This document shows positions 33,870 to 46,923 of a DNA stretch of 64,000 bases, one piece after another. Made by a program: the position numbers and the translations under genes. Positions within the stretch are counted from its first letter, which is position 1. Every line of letters starts with the position of its first letter. A model generated the notes under the pieces. It saw only the letters and a list, made by a program, of their open reading frames with translations, was not told the DNA's origin and did no database searches. The DNA comes from Trichodelitschia bisporula (lineage: Eukaryota): the NCBI GenBank assembly GCA_010356995.1, contig ML996687.1, forward strand, positions 869,803 through 933,802, written 5' to 3'.

Positions 33870-34894
33870 ATGCCTGTGTCCCTCAGCAATCTCGACCTCA
33901 TCAACAGCTGTGATCAGTATGCACATGGCCCTTGAGAGCTACCCCGCTGACCCCGCACCCTCACCTCAGGTTCCCCTATCTCGATCCCTCCAAACCGCAG
34001 GAATACTTTGACCATCTCAACAAATATGTCCACCTACGCGTCGTCAACCAGCCACGTCCCGAAGTCACCTTTGGTCTGATCCGTCCTGAGGTGGCAGAGG
34101 GAATCGCAAAGTGCGAAGGCTGGGAACTCGATACCAACAGCACGCCTTCGACCCTCACTCTTGTCGCAGGCTCGACGGCCGATGAGCGCAACGTCGTGGT
34201 CGACAGGTCTATGCGATCACTGCGCGAGGCGCGCGTCTTCCAAGTGCTTGACAAGTGGCGCGAAGAGCTGTACACGGTTTATGGCGTCGATAAACGCGAG
34301 CTCTTCGCCGTGGAACGCAGCGCGAGCCCGCTGCTGGGCGTGGTGACGTACGGCGTTCATATGACGGCCTACAAGCGACACCCCTCTGGCATGCGCATCT
34401 GGGTGCCACGGCGTAGCGCCCACAAGCAGACATACCCGTCCATGCTGGACAACACCGTCGCCGGCGGCATGGCGAAGGGAGAGCTGCCGTACGAGGCGCT
34501 GATACGCGAGGCGAGCGAGGAGGCAGACCTTCCTGAGTCTCTGGTACGCGATCGTGTTGTAGCCGTGGGAGCTATCACCTACTTGTATGAGCGCGATAGC
34601 CAGGCGGGCGGCGAGTGTGGCTTGCTGCAACCAGAGTGCCAGTACCTTTACGACATGGACCTGACGGACTCAGGAGCGGAGTGTGCGCCTAATGACGATG
34701 AGGTGGAGTCCTTCAAGCTGATGGAAGTGGCCGCTGTGAAAAGTGCACTGAGGAATGGCGAGTTCAAGCCCAACTGCGCCATGGTTATGTTGGACTTCCT
34801 CTTACGCCATGGGCACATTGTTATGGAGGATGAGCCGGACTACGGCGAGATCGTTGCGCGACTGCACAGGCGTCTGGAGTTTCCGATGCGATAG
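33870..34894 (+). CDS. Nudix hydrolase, thiamine-pyrophosphokinase-related (YJR142W-like); intron 33917-33969
   Basis: SNLDLINSCDQ|FPY; WREELY, GVVTYGVHMTAY, KQTYPSMLDNTVAGG, REASEEA, FKPNCA. Confidence 0.9.
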
Positions 34895-35012
34895 AGAGCG
34901 GCCCTCAGATGTCCTTATTTTAACGCCTATCCTAGCTATACGTACATGCCTCTGTATATCCCCAAACGCCGATATGCACCATTTTACCCGATTCCACCAC
35001 TAGAACATCGTT

Positions 35013-35539
35013 CTACTTCTTCAAAAGAAGATAGACGTTGTCGACGCGGAGAGGAGTCAGCTTCTTGTAAGGGCCCTCAATGAAGAGAAGCAAGCCGCCG
35101 AACGAGACATAGACCTTGCTGTGGTGTTGTTAGCTTCGCACAAAACATCTCGGTTGGTTGCAGCGATAGCAGACACGCATCGACATGCCCATCACTGCTA
35201 GGCGCAGGACTTGACGTACATGATCTCGCCCTCGGCGCCTTCCTCGAAGCGGTAGACCTTGCCGTAGCAGACGTAGTCGTACAAGTCCGCAAGAGTCTGC
35301 TCACCAGGACGATCGCGCCAACCCTTGTCGTCCTTGGAACCATCGAGATTCAGCGTCGACGCCAGAAGCAGCTGCACGTTATCGTCAACGGAGAGCGGGT
35401 ACAGATCGGTGTTCACATCGAGAGAGACGCTGGTGCTGTTGTCGGCGGAGATGGCCGTATAGCGCGCCACACGGTCATACTTCTGGTCGTTGCATCCGGT
35501 CAAAGTAAAGTTGTCTTCGTAGAGGTGCGAGTCCGACAT
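35013..35539 (-). CDS. RPB8: RNA polymerases I/II/III shared subunit (1 intron)
   Basis: KYDRVAR, LDVNTDLYP, LADLYDYVCYGKVYRF, YVSFGGLL. Confidence 0.96.
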
Positions 35540-35788
35540 GGCGGGTAAGGTGGGGTTTGGAGTTTGCGGGTTGGAGTGTGAAGTTGTGCAGGTGTTGGCA
35601 GGTGTGGAGGAGCCTCAAACATTCGGCGGGTGGTTGGATTCTTTGAGGCTGTATGGATTATGTAATCGGATTCAATGGATGCGCGCAGGGCTGAAAAGCC
35701 AACGCCTCCTCCACCGACCGCATTATTTCTCCACTACATCCGTACCCAAACGTCACTACGTCCACTCCTCCACATCGACCATAAAGCC

Positions 35789-37458
35789 ATGGTCGTATCC
35801 CGACCCATAGCGCGATTATTTGAGCATAAATATCCTTCCTACAGCATACGACATGCCTCGAGCGCTATTCAAATCCCACGAATTGCATCCCTTCTGAATC
35901 CCCAAGCGGTGGACGGATCCATCCACGTCAACGGCTTTGTGCGCACAATTCGTAAACAGCGACACGTCGCTTTCGCTACAATCACCGATGGTTCCTCCAC
36001 CGAAGCGCTGCAGACCATCCTGACCCCAGAACAAACAAAAGGGTTAGCAATGAAGCATGCTCGTGGAAATCAGGAATCTGCTGATGCGCCGCTTTCAGAG
36101 TCACGCTCGGAAGCGCTGTGCAAATTGTTGGAGAGTGGAAGCCGCGTCCCTCGAGACAGGACGAATATGAACTCCATGTCCGAGACCTTAAGATTCTAGG
36201 CGAGCACGACTCCACGGTAGGACGCCTCTAGCCCCTGCAACTACGCCGTGAAGTGCTCACTTACCAAGCCCGTCTGTGGCCTTCCCCGTAGTCGTATCCG
36301 ATCCAGAAAAAGTTCCATACCCGCGAATTCCTCCGCACCCTACCCCACCTTCGAAGCCGCCTGAAGTACAACGCCCTGCTTCTCCGCCTTAGATCCGACG
36401 TGATTAGTCGCGTGACGTCCTTCTTCGAAGAGCTTGAATTCGTCCAAACACACACGCCCGTCATCACGTCTTCCGACTGCGAGGGCGCCGGTGAGGTGTT
36501 TGCCGTAGAGTCGGCTGCCGCCGTAGCCAAACCGAGCAAGACGGCTGCTACTCACCCTCGACCCTTCTTCCGGGAGCCTAAGTACCTCACGGTCTCGTCT
36601 CAGTTGCATCTCGAAGCCCTTGCGCTTTCCGTCGGCCGGGTCTGGACGCTGTCACCTACCTTCCGTGCGGAAAAGAGCGAGACCACGCGACATCTGAGCG
36701 AGTTTTACATGCTCGAAGCTGAAGTTGCCTTTGTGGGCAATGTCGGCGATCTTATGGAGCTCCTGGAGGCAATGCTACGGGCCGTGGTCTCCAAAATACA
36801 ATCATCACGTCTTGGTGAGGAACTCCTTCTGGCCCGAGATGACCATGACAAGGACCCGGAGAATCCTGAAATCACTCGAGGGGAACTGGCTGCGAGGTGG
36901 GACGGCATAACGAGCGAGGAGAAATGGCCCCGCATCACCTATGCCCGCGCCATAACCCTGCTTCAGGAAGCCGAGCGGAGCAACACGACGAGCTTCGAAT
37001 ATCCACCTCTCGTCGGCCACAGCCTACAGGCTGAGCATGAAAGATACATCGCGCAGACAGTCGGCTGCGGCTCACCCGTTTTCGTAACCAACTATCCACG
37101 CGACATCAAAGCCTTCTACATGGCGCCGTCAGGGGAGAGCGCGGGCAGCGATGATATACCGACAGTCGCTTGCTTTGATCTGCTGGTCCCGGACGTGCTG
37201 GAACTGGCTGGAGGCTCAGTTCGCGAGCACCGATTCGACGCGCTCATGGACTCGCTCGTGCGGCACGGGCTTACAGAGTCCAAGGAGGCGGGAGTGCCGA
37301 AGAATCTGCAATGGTACGCCGACCTGCGCCGGTACGGTAGCGTGCCACATGGTGGCTTCGGCCTAGGCTTTGACCGGCTGCTCACCTACCTTTCCGGTGT
37401 ACCGAACGTGCGCGATGTTGTCAGCTTCCCAAGGTGGCACGGTCGCTGTGACTGTTGA
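35789..37458 (+). CDS. SLM5: Mitochondrial asparaginyl-tRNA synthetase (2 introns)
   Basis: Presequence; FATITDGS, YPIQKK, SSDCEGAGEVF, YLTVSSQLHLE, FRAEKS..RHLSEFYMLE, PHGGFGLGFDR. Confidence 0.93.
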
Positions 37459-37862
37459 ACGTATGCCACCGGATCGCGTCGCTCGTAGTGTAAATTTCGA
37501 GGAACTCTACACCATGTAATTGTATATAGAATAACGACATGGTTTCTGCTCCGCCTAATGTTCCACCTCGGCCTCAATGTTGTCTTGTGAGAATTCCCTC
37601 ACGTGATGAGTATCATCGCCTTGCGGCCAATCCGATGTCGGTCATTTGTCACCGACGGCATACCGTACTCTCATCGAACAGGAGACATGACGGACGAAAG
37701 ATGGATCTGAGCAACGGCAAGTTGAGAGCAGGTAAAACTGGTTGTACATTCTGTTCACAAATCCCCAATCGCCCTATGGAATTGAGCATTCAAAGCGCCC
37801 CCACCCGGCCCCCAATCATGCACCACCCAGTCTAGCCTCCCGGCCTCTTCTCTTTGCAACGA

Positions 37863-38564
37863 TTACAGTCCAACAGCCAGATACAACGTCAAGATGGCTG
37901 TAGCACCCACAGCGGCCCAGCCCGTCTGCTGCACCTGCTTATTGGTGATCTGCTTGGCCATATCCCAGGTCAAGTGGCGCAGGCTGTTGACAGTGTGGAA
38001 GACGAAGGGGAAGGCCAGCGCCGACTTGGTCAGCACCTTGGCAACAATGGGCCAGGCGGCAAAGGAAGCCGCAATGGCCGACGACTCCAGGTGCCAACCG
38101 AAGAGAGGCGAGGCGAGGTAGGCAGCGCTGAACAGGTACAGGCTGCCGCTGAGGGCAACGCCAGTGATGCGGTTCAGCGCGGAAAGGTACCAGGTGATCT
38201 GGGGCTGGTAGATGCTGAGATGGGGGGATACGGGACGGCGCAGACGCTGCTTCGCGAGGATCTCTTCGCCGGTCGACTGCGAAACCTGCTGTGTCACCTG
38301 TCTGTTTGGCGAGGGTATAGTCAGCGACGTTCTTCATATGACAGCTTCTGCGCATTCGAGGAAGGACTGCCTACCTCCGCTGCACATAGTGCGTGTTGGT
38401 AGCGAAGGCGGCAGGCGGCGCAAACTTGGCGACGAGACTGGTCGGGCGGATGAGCGCTGCGATGGTTAGCAGATGTGCCGAGTGCGCGGGGTAATAGGCA
38501 TTGAGGTGATTGTGGGGAACACACCTCGCCGAGCGGAGGTTTGCAAGATCCGAGAAGTAGACAT
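37863..38564 (-). CDS. SDH3: Succinate dehydrogenase cytochrome b560 subunit (2 introns)
   Basis: QRLRRPVSPHLSIYQPQ, LNRITG, FHTVNSLRHLTWD; upstream exons encode a presequence (MSTSRILQTSARR). Confidence 0.95.
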
Positions 38565-38979
38565 ATTTGTGGCCAGGTGCAATTTCAAAAGTAAAGGGCG
38601 ACGACAATGGCCAACGGGTGTTTCGTGACTTTGCGGAATGGGCGACGAGAATGACGGACGGGCAGGTTGGCCGAGGGAAAGCGGCACGGGCGGCCACTTC
38701 GGGACCGGCGCTTGTCTGGTCATTGGCGTATCCAATCACCATGCAGGCAAAGTGAGCGGCGCTTCACGCGGCTAAACCGTTCGAAAGTGCTCACGTAAGC
38801 GCATCTGCTGACATAAGGCATGAGGCTACAGGCGATGGGCAATGCGGGGTAATTTACATATCTCTCCTCTTGATGGACAGAAGATAGATGAACAGACAAC
38901 CCAATCCTCTCATCGCCATTGTGGCGCAAGATATACCCTGTCATCCTCCTCTCTAAGCAGCCAAGAAGAAAAGTCTAAT

Positions 38980-39345
38980 ATGACAACGGCCGACGACGAC
39001 TCAGAGAAGCGGACGGCCGAAGCTCGCGCCGCTGTCGCAGCCACCCTCTCCTCCATCGGCACGTCCATCAGCTCCGAGATCCAGGGCCGTGCCGCCGACA
39101 TTCACGCCAACGAGACCGCCATCGCGAAGCAGGAGAAGGAGCTGGCAAAGCAGACTGCCGCCTTGGCCAAGGAAACGGCTCAGTGGCAGAAGCTGGCGGA
39201 CACGAGCACCAAGAAGCTCAACGAGATCGGCGACATCCAGAACTGGGCTGAAGTTATGGAGCGGGATCTGCTTGTTTTGGAGGAGACGCTGCGCATTGTC
39301 GAGGGTCGACCGGATGTGGAGAGCGCCAGCGGGACCAATAGGTAG
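38980..39345 (+). CDS. BLOC-1 subunit 1 / GCN5L1-like protein
   Basis: Coiled coil ending LNEIGDIQNWAEVMERDL. Confidence 0.88.
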   Translation: MTTADDDSEKRTAEARAAVAATLSSIGTSISSEIQGRAADIHANETAIAKQEKELAKQTAALAKETAQWQKLADTSTKKLNEIGDIQNWAEVMERDLLVLEETLRIVEGRPDVESASGTNR

Positions 39346-39560
39346 GATTCGGGAGGGCATTTTACCTGCTACACTTGAGCATTACTGGGTTGCACCCACA
39401 ACTGAGCACTATATCATGTACATTCGTTACGTGTTGGTGTACAGGGGAGTGGTTGCCGTAGTCCTCTGCAGAGAAGGGTCATATATAATCGGTACCACTG
39501 TGACCAGTTCAAGATGGATCCTGGTATGCTTTGAAGCCCAACCGGAACTCCCGCTCCTTG

Positions 39561-40910
39561 CTATCGTCCCTCGTCGGCGGCTACGGCCTCTTGCCCCAGT
39601 GAGCTCGGTGTTCCAGGCCTAGATCCCGCTGGCGCAAGTCTTCCGCTGGCAGTCCGCCCGGACCCAATACGCCGTCGGCCGGCCGCAGCACTGCCACTGC
39701 CCGCTGTTCCCGTACTCCATCTCCGTTCGCGCTCCTCGCTCTCGGGGGTCGGGCTGGTGCTGCTCCGCGAGCTGCTGCGCGAGTGACCCTCACGCTCGTC
39801 GCGGAGTGTGCTTGGTCGCCGACGGTGCTTTGACGGCGCCGGATGCAATGTCGAGTGAGATGTTGAATGCGAATGCGACTGGGAGTGCGCGTGCGCGTGC
39901 TGCCCTTGTGGGAGTTTCGCCAGGTCGCGCGGGCGCAACGGAGTCAAACCTGCGATGCGTGCCCAGCCTCGCCAACCTGCCCACCAGGCCCAACCACCCT
40001 CATGGCGCGCGAGGGCACGTTGGCTGGCGCGAATACGTGACCGCAGCTCCGAACGCCGTGCGTTCTCTGCGTCCCAATAGGCGGCGCGGTACGAGTCCCA
40101 GTCCTCGCGGAAGTCGGGTGTAAAGTGCTTCGGGAGCAGGATGAGACGCAGGGTATCGCCACCGGGAGCAATATCTTCTTCAGCGAAGACGGGAGATGAT
40201 GAGACGCTGGACGAAGCACGTGGGCGCGACTGGGCTGCCAGAGCGCGCCGCTCGGCTGTGGTGTAGTCGATGAAGTGGTAGGACGAAGTCGGGGCGGGAA
40301 AGATGGTGGAGAGTGGAAAGAGGGCGGAGAGGGGTGAAAGCAGTTCCTTCCACAAGGGCGTCCCCGTGAGCACGATCTTGACGTTCATGCTGCGCAGACC
40401 GCGGTTGGTTATACCCAGCCAGCGACGCGGCCAGCGCAAGCCGCGCTCCCACTGCCCCGTCACCCAAAACAGCGCTGCCATGACGTATCCGCTGATAAGC
40501 GCCACCTTTTCGCCCGTGTCTACGAGCCAGTATACGGAGCCGCCGACGCCGGTGCCGTCTTCACGAGGTCGCAGGAACTGACCGTAGGTGAAGTAGGCGA
40601 TCCACATCAGCAGGAGGATGAGAACGAAAGTGTGCTGACGACGACGAGCGCGAAGTATCAGGTATTGTTGTCGAAGGGAGGCCTCGAGGATGAGGAGGTT
40701 GAGGTATATTTGAGGAGGAGCGGAAGGGAGGAGGGCAGTCGGATCAGAAGTTTGCGCGGGAAGGTTGCGCGTCGAAGCTGTAGAGCCATGGCTGCTAGTA
40801 GGACGCTCGATGGTGGCTAAGGGAGCGCTGGATGTGATGGCGATGTGAGGGAGCGTGGCATCGGGAGGAGGAGCGCCCTTCACGATTTGGTCCAGCTTGG
40901 AGGCCGCCAT
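39561..40910 (-). CDS. SPO7: Nem1-Spo7 phosphatase regulatory subunit
   Basis: IYLNLLILEASLRQQY, two TM segments, NRGLRSMNVK, LILLPKHF.PDFREDWDSYR. Confidence 0.9.
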   Translation of the reverse strand: MAASKLDQIVKGAPPPDATLPHIAITSSAPLATIERPTSSHGSTASTRNLPAQTSDPTALLPSAPPQIYLNLLILEASLRQQYLILRARRRQHTFVLILLLMWIAYFTYGQFLRPREDGTGVGGSVYWLVDTGEKVALISGYVMAALFWVTGQWERGLRWPRRWLGITNRGLRSMNVKIVLTGTPLWKELLSPLSALFPLSTIFPAPTSSYHFIDYTTAERRALAAQSRPRASSSVSSSPVFAEEDIAPGGDTLRLILLPKHFTPDFREDWDSYRAAYWDAENARRSELRSRIRASQRALARHEGGWAWWAGWRGWARIAGLTPLRPRDLAKLPQGQHAHAHSQSHSHSTSHSTLHPAPSKHRRRPSTLRDEREGHSRSSSRSSTSPTPESEERERRWSTGTAGSGSAAAGRRRIGSGRTASGRLAPAGSRPGTPSSLGQEAVAADEGR

Positions 40911-41295
40911 TTGGGGCCTTCGGGGTAGAGGAGAGAGAGGTCGAAAGAAGGCTAAAAGAACGATAGGCCTCAGCAGCAAGTCATGGCGACAGCTCGGGTG
41001 TATTGTAGCAGTGAAGAAAGGATGCGCTTCGCTGGTCGCAACGCTGGCCCGTGACAGGGTGTACTCCGTAGGGAGAGCGAAAGTTTGACGACTTGTGAGG
41101 CTTTGCTGTAGAGTTGAAGACCAACCGGATTGGGCAATAGTTTTGGGTCGGGTTGTTTACTCAAATCTGACTGGACTGGATAGCAGAGGGTGGCTGGTGG
41201 TTGGCTGCAGGTAGTTTGCTGGCTGGTATGGTTTTACTGCTGGTGGTTTACATACTGCTGGGGAGAGAGAGTTGCGCAGTTGGTTGTATTGGAGG

Positions 41296-41325
41296 CGGTC
41301 AACAGCGGTCAATAGCGGTCAACAG
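41296..41325. repeat. 10-bp tandem repeat x3 adjacent to the gap
   Basis: cggtcaacag cggtcaatag cggtcaacag. Confidence 0.8.
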
Positions 41326-41334
41326 GGGGAAGCC

Positions 41335-41769
41335 NNNNNNNNNNNNNNNNNNNNNNNNNNNNNNNNNNNNNNNNNNNNNNNNNNNNNNNNNNNNNNNNNN
41401 NNNNNNNNNNNNNNNNNNNNNNNNNNNNNNNNNNNNNNNNNNNNNNNNNNNNNNNNNNNNNNNNNNNNNNNNNNNNNNNNNNNNNNNNNNNNNNNNNNNN
41501 NNNNNNNNNNNNNNNNNNNNNNNNNNNNNNNNNNNNNNNNNNNNNNNNNNNNNNNNNNNNNNNNNNNNNNNNNNNNNNNNNNNNNNNNNNNNNNNNNNNN
41601 NNNNNNNNNNNNNNNNNNNNNNNNNNNNNNNNNNNNNNNNNNNNNNNNNNNNNNNNNNNNNNNNNNNNNNNNNNNNNNNNNNNNNNNNNNNNNNNNNNNN
41701 NNNNNNNNNNNNNNNNNNNNNNNNNNNNNNNNNNNNNNNNNNNNNNNNNNNNNNNNNNNNNNNNNNNNN
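41335..41769. other. Assembly gap (N run)
   Basis: Run of n characters. Confidence 1.
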
Positions 41770-41812
41770 CCACATTTATCGTGCCTCCCATCTATCCCGC
41801 ATAGCCTTCATC

Positions 41813-43209
41813 ATGGCTGGTCCTACCGACAAGGAGGACAAATCCGACCAGCCCGTCACCAGTATCTCGCGCAAAGAGTTTATCAGCCAGCGCGATTCGG
41901 TACGTTCCTCCTCAAGTTTTCTGCGTTCAATTCCTCACGTCTTCATCTCCGCCTGCCCCGTTCCCCTGTTGTCGCATCGCGCCACATCGCGTCGCATCGC
42001 ATCGCGTCGAATCGCATCATGATCGCATCGCCAACCACACCTGTATCCCACATACCTCAAATGTCCTTGCAGCGCATCATGTCGCGTGCCAACGCCGTAT
42101 CCAAACACCATCTGATGAAATTCACACCCAGCGCTTCGCATCCGAAAAAGCATCATGCTTCGCGCCCATCTTGCCCGTCGTTGCCAGTTTGAAACCTCTT
42201 GCTAATTGTTCTTTCCTTGCTTCCTCTAGGTTGTCACTGGCCTCACAGCTCTCATCGGCGCCATCGGTGACCTCAGCCAGGCCTACATTTCTCACACTAA
42301 TAAGCTCCTTTCTGGCGGTAGCTCCGCTGCTGAGGGTCTCGACACATTAGCCATCTCCAACTTCCTAAGCACCACAAATGGCATCGGCAATCAAGCTGGT
42401 GTGGCCGCCGCCGCTGCTGCTGCGCCCAAGACTCGTCGCAAGCGCGTCAAAAAGGAAAAGGATCCCAACGCTCCAAAGCGTCCCTTGACCGCCTTCTTCC
42501 TCTACTCAACCAGCGCGCGCCCTCTCATCAAGCAGGAGATGCTGGAGCAGGCCGACACCGTCACACCCGTTGCTGTCAACAGCGAGATTCTCCGCCGTTG
42601 GAAGGAGATGAACGAGGAGGATAAGAAGGTGCGCTTTGCTCTTCTCTCCGCCCTCTACTTGCTGACGCCATATAGGAGTGGAAGGACATGTACGAGGTGA
42701 ACCACGAGCGCTATAAGCAAGAGGTCGCCAACTACAAAGCTCAGACCGGCGTCGACTTGATTGGTGCCGATGAAGAGGATACTCCGGATGCCGAGGGCGA
42801 GGATGTTGAAATCGAGGATCTGCATGTTGGGACCCCATCGTCTGACGACGCCACGTCGTCTTCGTCCGACGAGGACGTTGTCCAGAAGCCTCCGACGCCT
42901 CCTGCCGTCAAGCCTAAGCCCAAGCCAACGAAGCGCAAGGCCAAGGACAACGGTGTCGCCGCCCGCGCTGCCATTACTAGCCCCTCGGCTCAGCTCTTGC
43001 AGAGCAAGGTCGCACAAACTCCCGCCGTCATTGAATCGGAAAAGCGCAAGAAGGGTATAGAGCAAACGAGCCCCGAGGAGCCGCGCAAGAAGAAAGCCCG
43101 CAAGTCTAAAGGTGGTGAAGAGGTGGTCAAGAAGGATGTTCCCGAGGTTGCGCCTCCGATTGTTGACAAGAAGGAGAAGAAGAAGAAACGCAAGAGCGAG
43201 GGCTTCTAG
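41813..43209 (+). CDS. HMG-box protein with acidic/Lys-rich tail (Hmo1-like); introns 41900-42229 and 42629-42675
   Basis: KKEKDPNAPKRPLTAFFLY..RRWKEM..EWKDMYE..ERYKQEVANY. Confidence 0.88.
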
Positions 43210-43922
43210 CGTCTTCTCTCCCCTTATCTGTAGTCCAGGTGCTCGGTTGTGATCCCCTGACCGTTCTTCATTCCAATGATCGCATCTTGCCTCCTTTTCT
43301 TCCGCTTCTTGTACGCAATTGCGAAATGGGGTCTTCCATGTCATTCGGGTCGGTGTACGGAAGCGGCATGTAAGAGGGCGAGAGCGTGTATGCTTTAGTT
43401 GTGGGTTGAGCTTTGTATCCGGTGGGCACTCCGGTGGGTATGGCTAATGACCACGGTGCGGGTTATGGGCAATAGGCTTGTTTTACTGTAGTTCTAATAC
43501 TGTAGGAAGCCGTGGAAGCGAATCTTTGACATCCATGACTGCAAAAAGATGATGATTCAAATTCCTCCACAATATTCGGCAGATATCTCCGTTCAGCCTG
43601 CAGATCTGTGAGTGACGCTACTGTACTAACCTTATTCTACTGTAAGCACACGCACTCAATGCAAGGCTTAAGATCCGCTGCAGGGATGGGGGGGCGACTT
43701 CAAGCTCTCTGGGTTTGCTTTTGCGGTGAAGAACAGCACTCTTCAACTCCTCCCTCCCCCAAACATAAGGCCTCCCCACGAGACTTGCGGCCCTTTAAAT
43801 CCTCTTCTTTGCTCTCTGCACAGTTTCCTTCACAATCGCAACCTGGAACCCCTCAAAAGGCGTTACACCGAACGGACGTCCAGAAAGGTCTGCAGCACTT
43901 CCACTACATACCGCATCTCCCT

Positions 43923-45270
43923 ATGTCTTCCCCCCAGGACCGTCCCACTTTTCGCGCCCTCGTCACCGGTGCAAATAGGTAAAATCTCTCCAATTTTCCA
44001 GCCATGCTCTCCTAGCTGATCTCCCCATGGTGGCCTCGGTTTCGCAATCTGCGCGCGTCTCGCCGACGAATTCCTCGCCACGCGCCCTTCGTCACATCAC
44101 CTATATCTCATCCCTACAACGCGCTCTGCCTCAAAAGCCTCAGATGCCGTGGCGCGCCTCAAGTCACGTATTGCAAAGTCGCACGGCGAGCCAGCGGCGT
44201 CGCGCATCACTATCGAACCTCTCCTCCTCGACCTGACAAGCCTACTCAGTATTCAGCGCGCGTCCCGTGAGCTACTTGGCCGCATCCCACGCCTCGATGC
44301 AGCAGTGCTCAACGCTGGGATTGGCGGGTGGATCGGTATCGACTGGGGCGCCGTGGCCAAGCAGCTCGTCTCCGATCCCTTGGGAATCGTAACACGCCCG
44401 GCATTCAAGAAGACGGCCGTCGGGTGGACGACGAAGCCTCAACTGCCGGCAGACGCGCCATCGAGCCTCGGGGAGCAGGAGCCGGCACTGGGAGAGGTGT
44501 TCTGTGCCAATACTTTTGGCCACTATATGCTTGCACACTACGTCTCGCCGTTGCTTGCAGGTGGGCATGGTGTCGCTCCGGGCCGCGTCATCTGGGTGTC
44601 GACTCTCGAGGCCCACGCGCATACCTTCGTTCCTGACACCGATTTTCAGGGCGTCGCAAACTATTGGTCGTATGAGTCCTCCAAACGCCTGGCCGACCTT
44701 CTCGTCTTGACCTCAGATCTCAAAGCCACGGAGCCGTGGGTGGACAGCTACTTCGTAGATACTGATCCGTCGCACCCTAAGCGACCTTCCAGCAGCCGCA
44801 CCCAAAAGGCTGAAAATATCGACGAACCCGCCTCCAGCCGATCAAGCACGGCACGTCCACGCATGCTCATCGCCCATCCCGGCATATGTAAGACGAGCAT
44901 CATGCCCGTTCCCGCCTTCATAATAATCTTCTATCATCTCGCTCTCTACCTGGCGCGTTTCTTGGGCAGTCAGTGGCATACCTGCACCCCATACTCTGCC
45001 GCGACTGCTCCTGTGTGGCTTGCGCTCGCTGACGATACCGCCATTGATGGGGCCGAGGGTGGACGCAAAGGCAAATGGGGCTCCGCAGCCAATCGGTGGG
45101 GCAGCGAGAGAGTGTCGCGAACGGATGTGGACGGCTGGGATGTTGGAGGGCGACCTGGGGCTGGTGGAGAGAGCAGTTTGGCTTTTACGACACTGGGTAC
45201 CGAATGTTGGCGGCGGATGGAGGAATTGAGGGTGGAGTGGGAGCGCCGCTTGCAAGGCTTGATGGTCTAG
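43923..45270 (+). CDS. ERG27: 3-keto-steroid reductase; intron 43979-44030 with apparent non-AG acceptor
   Basis: ALVTGAN(S)|GLGFAICARLADEF, LNAGIGGW.GIDW, LGEVFCANTFGHY, YESSKRL, HPGICKT. Confidence 0.9.
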
Positions 45271-45606
45271 ATAATTTATATATGGATGGTGCTGATGCTG
45301 ATGCTCTGGTGCATATCAACCGAAGGAGGAAGGAATCTGAAGAGCTGAAATAATATAATATAATACTCAATTATAAAGGAGCTCCCTCGTCCTAGAAAAC
45401 GCTCATGCAATTACTGGCGTGGCCGGCTCTGCTTCGACGAAGCGCGCGCATTTTGACTTTCGAACAATATTTCTTGGCTCACCGGCTGTGCTACGCGTCG
45501 CGACCCTTGAACCTCCATATCCACGACATCTTCGTGGCTTCACTTCACCCCAATCTAAGCACTCTCAATACGCAAAACCTCCACTCTACCTTTGACCTCT
45601 TTAGTC

Positions 45607-46441
45607 ATGACTTCTAACAATGCGCCACCGCTCAACTCCCTGCATGAGCTTCTCCTCTTCGGCACCGTCTCCGCCACGCGACAGCCTGCACTTCTCCGCA
45701 TACTTGCCGGCTACGCCGGTCTCCAGCCACATGCCATCCTCGAACTGCACGCCTATTTCAAACCCACACGATCACCAACGGTTGTCCAGCAACGTGGTGG
45801 CAGCCAAGGCATAACTGGGCTGAAGCCGGGTCAGCAGGCACAGGCTGGTCCCAAGGACCTGTACTTCTGGCAGCTCGTACGCAATGTCGAGGAAGATGAG
45901 CTCACGGATGCGGGCTCGGATGCGGCCAGCTCCGGCACAAAGCCTCACAAGTGGCAGTTGCAGTTTCGCGACACTCCGGAGCCGGGCAAGAGGAGCGCGG
46001 CGATTAGGTTTGCCGTCAACCAGGACGTTGTGCACGGCGATCCCGAAGCGTACATGCAGGCCATGGAGTACAGGTTTGGAGAAGCACCCCACTATCCCCG
46101 GAGGTTTCTTGCTAACCTGTCGCGCAAGATACCAATCAAGGCATCTTCTTGAAGGGCACCGGCTAGTTTACAACAACGTCGTCATCTCGCTGTATCGCGC
46201 CTTCGTTCCACGGGAAGATTCTGCCACCGCTCTCTCCCCTCTACCACCTCGCAGCCAGCTCCAGCTCCTGGACCCGAGCGGAACGTACATTGTAGAGGCC
46301 AACATCCGGCTCTCAGACAGAAGTAATCCCACTATCATCAATACGGGTCTGAAAGAGTTGGACAGACTTCGCACACAGTTACGCGACATCATCGATTTGA
46401 AGGTCCCAGACCGCCTCAAGCTGGATACGCGAGTCAAGTGA
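45607..46441 (+). CDS. MED18: Mediator subunit 18; intron ~46073-46128
   Basis: HELLLFGTV, WQLQFRDTPEPG, LLDPSGTYIVEA, DLKVPDRLKLDTRVK. Confidence 0.9.
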
Positions 46442-46864
46442 GGGTATCTTATCGCGTCGTCAATTGGGAGCATGACCTCCTCGCCAACAAGTACTGCTGC
46501 TGTCTTGAGCCATCTCTCGCACCACCTTAAGCCATGACCCCTGGAGCGTAAGGACCCTCGGCTCTAACTGGCACCCCTCGGCCCGAAATGAATCTCAGTA
46601 CTAATGGCATAGCAGATGCTTCATGCTACTTGCCTTTGGTCGCCAATAAGCCGATAGAATTTTCGATTCGAGGTCTAAACAAGTTGTGTCATTGATCTTA
46701 CAACCAGAATTCACGACGTGGGCTTGCGTTATTTCCACAAATAGGGACGCAATAGGCCTAAGGAGTGGACTCTATCAAAGTTGACCAGAACGGGAAACTG
46801 ATTGCCAATTGTTTTATTGCTGACTTCACGAACCGCTTGTCAATACTCAAGGGCCGGGCCAATA

Positions 46865-46865
<1 letters not shown>

Positions 46866-46923
<58 letters not shown>
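46866..46923. repeat. Poly-C homopolymer (~58 nt)
   Basis: Uninterrupted C run. Confidence 0.95.

Noticed and set aside
37603..37710. GTGATGA...CTGA with a 12-nt near-complement (gccttgcggcca) to 18S rRNA, a possible C/D snoRNA
   Set aside because: The guide needs a wobble and is offset from a weak D' (CCGA); it is not intronic and lies in convergent 3' UTRs, so chance is plausible
42112..42148. CTGATGA...GAAA hammerhead-like core, or a snoRNA, in the 330-nt HMG gene intron
   Set aside because: No stem II or flanking stems and no rRNA guide found; the intron is mostly tcgca-type simple repeats
41201..42192. Long ORFs in the ORF track crossing the N run
   Set aside because: Artefacts of the assembly gap
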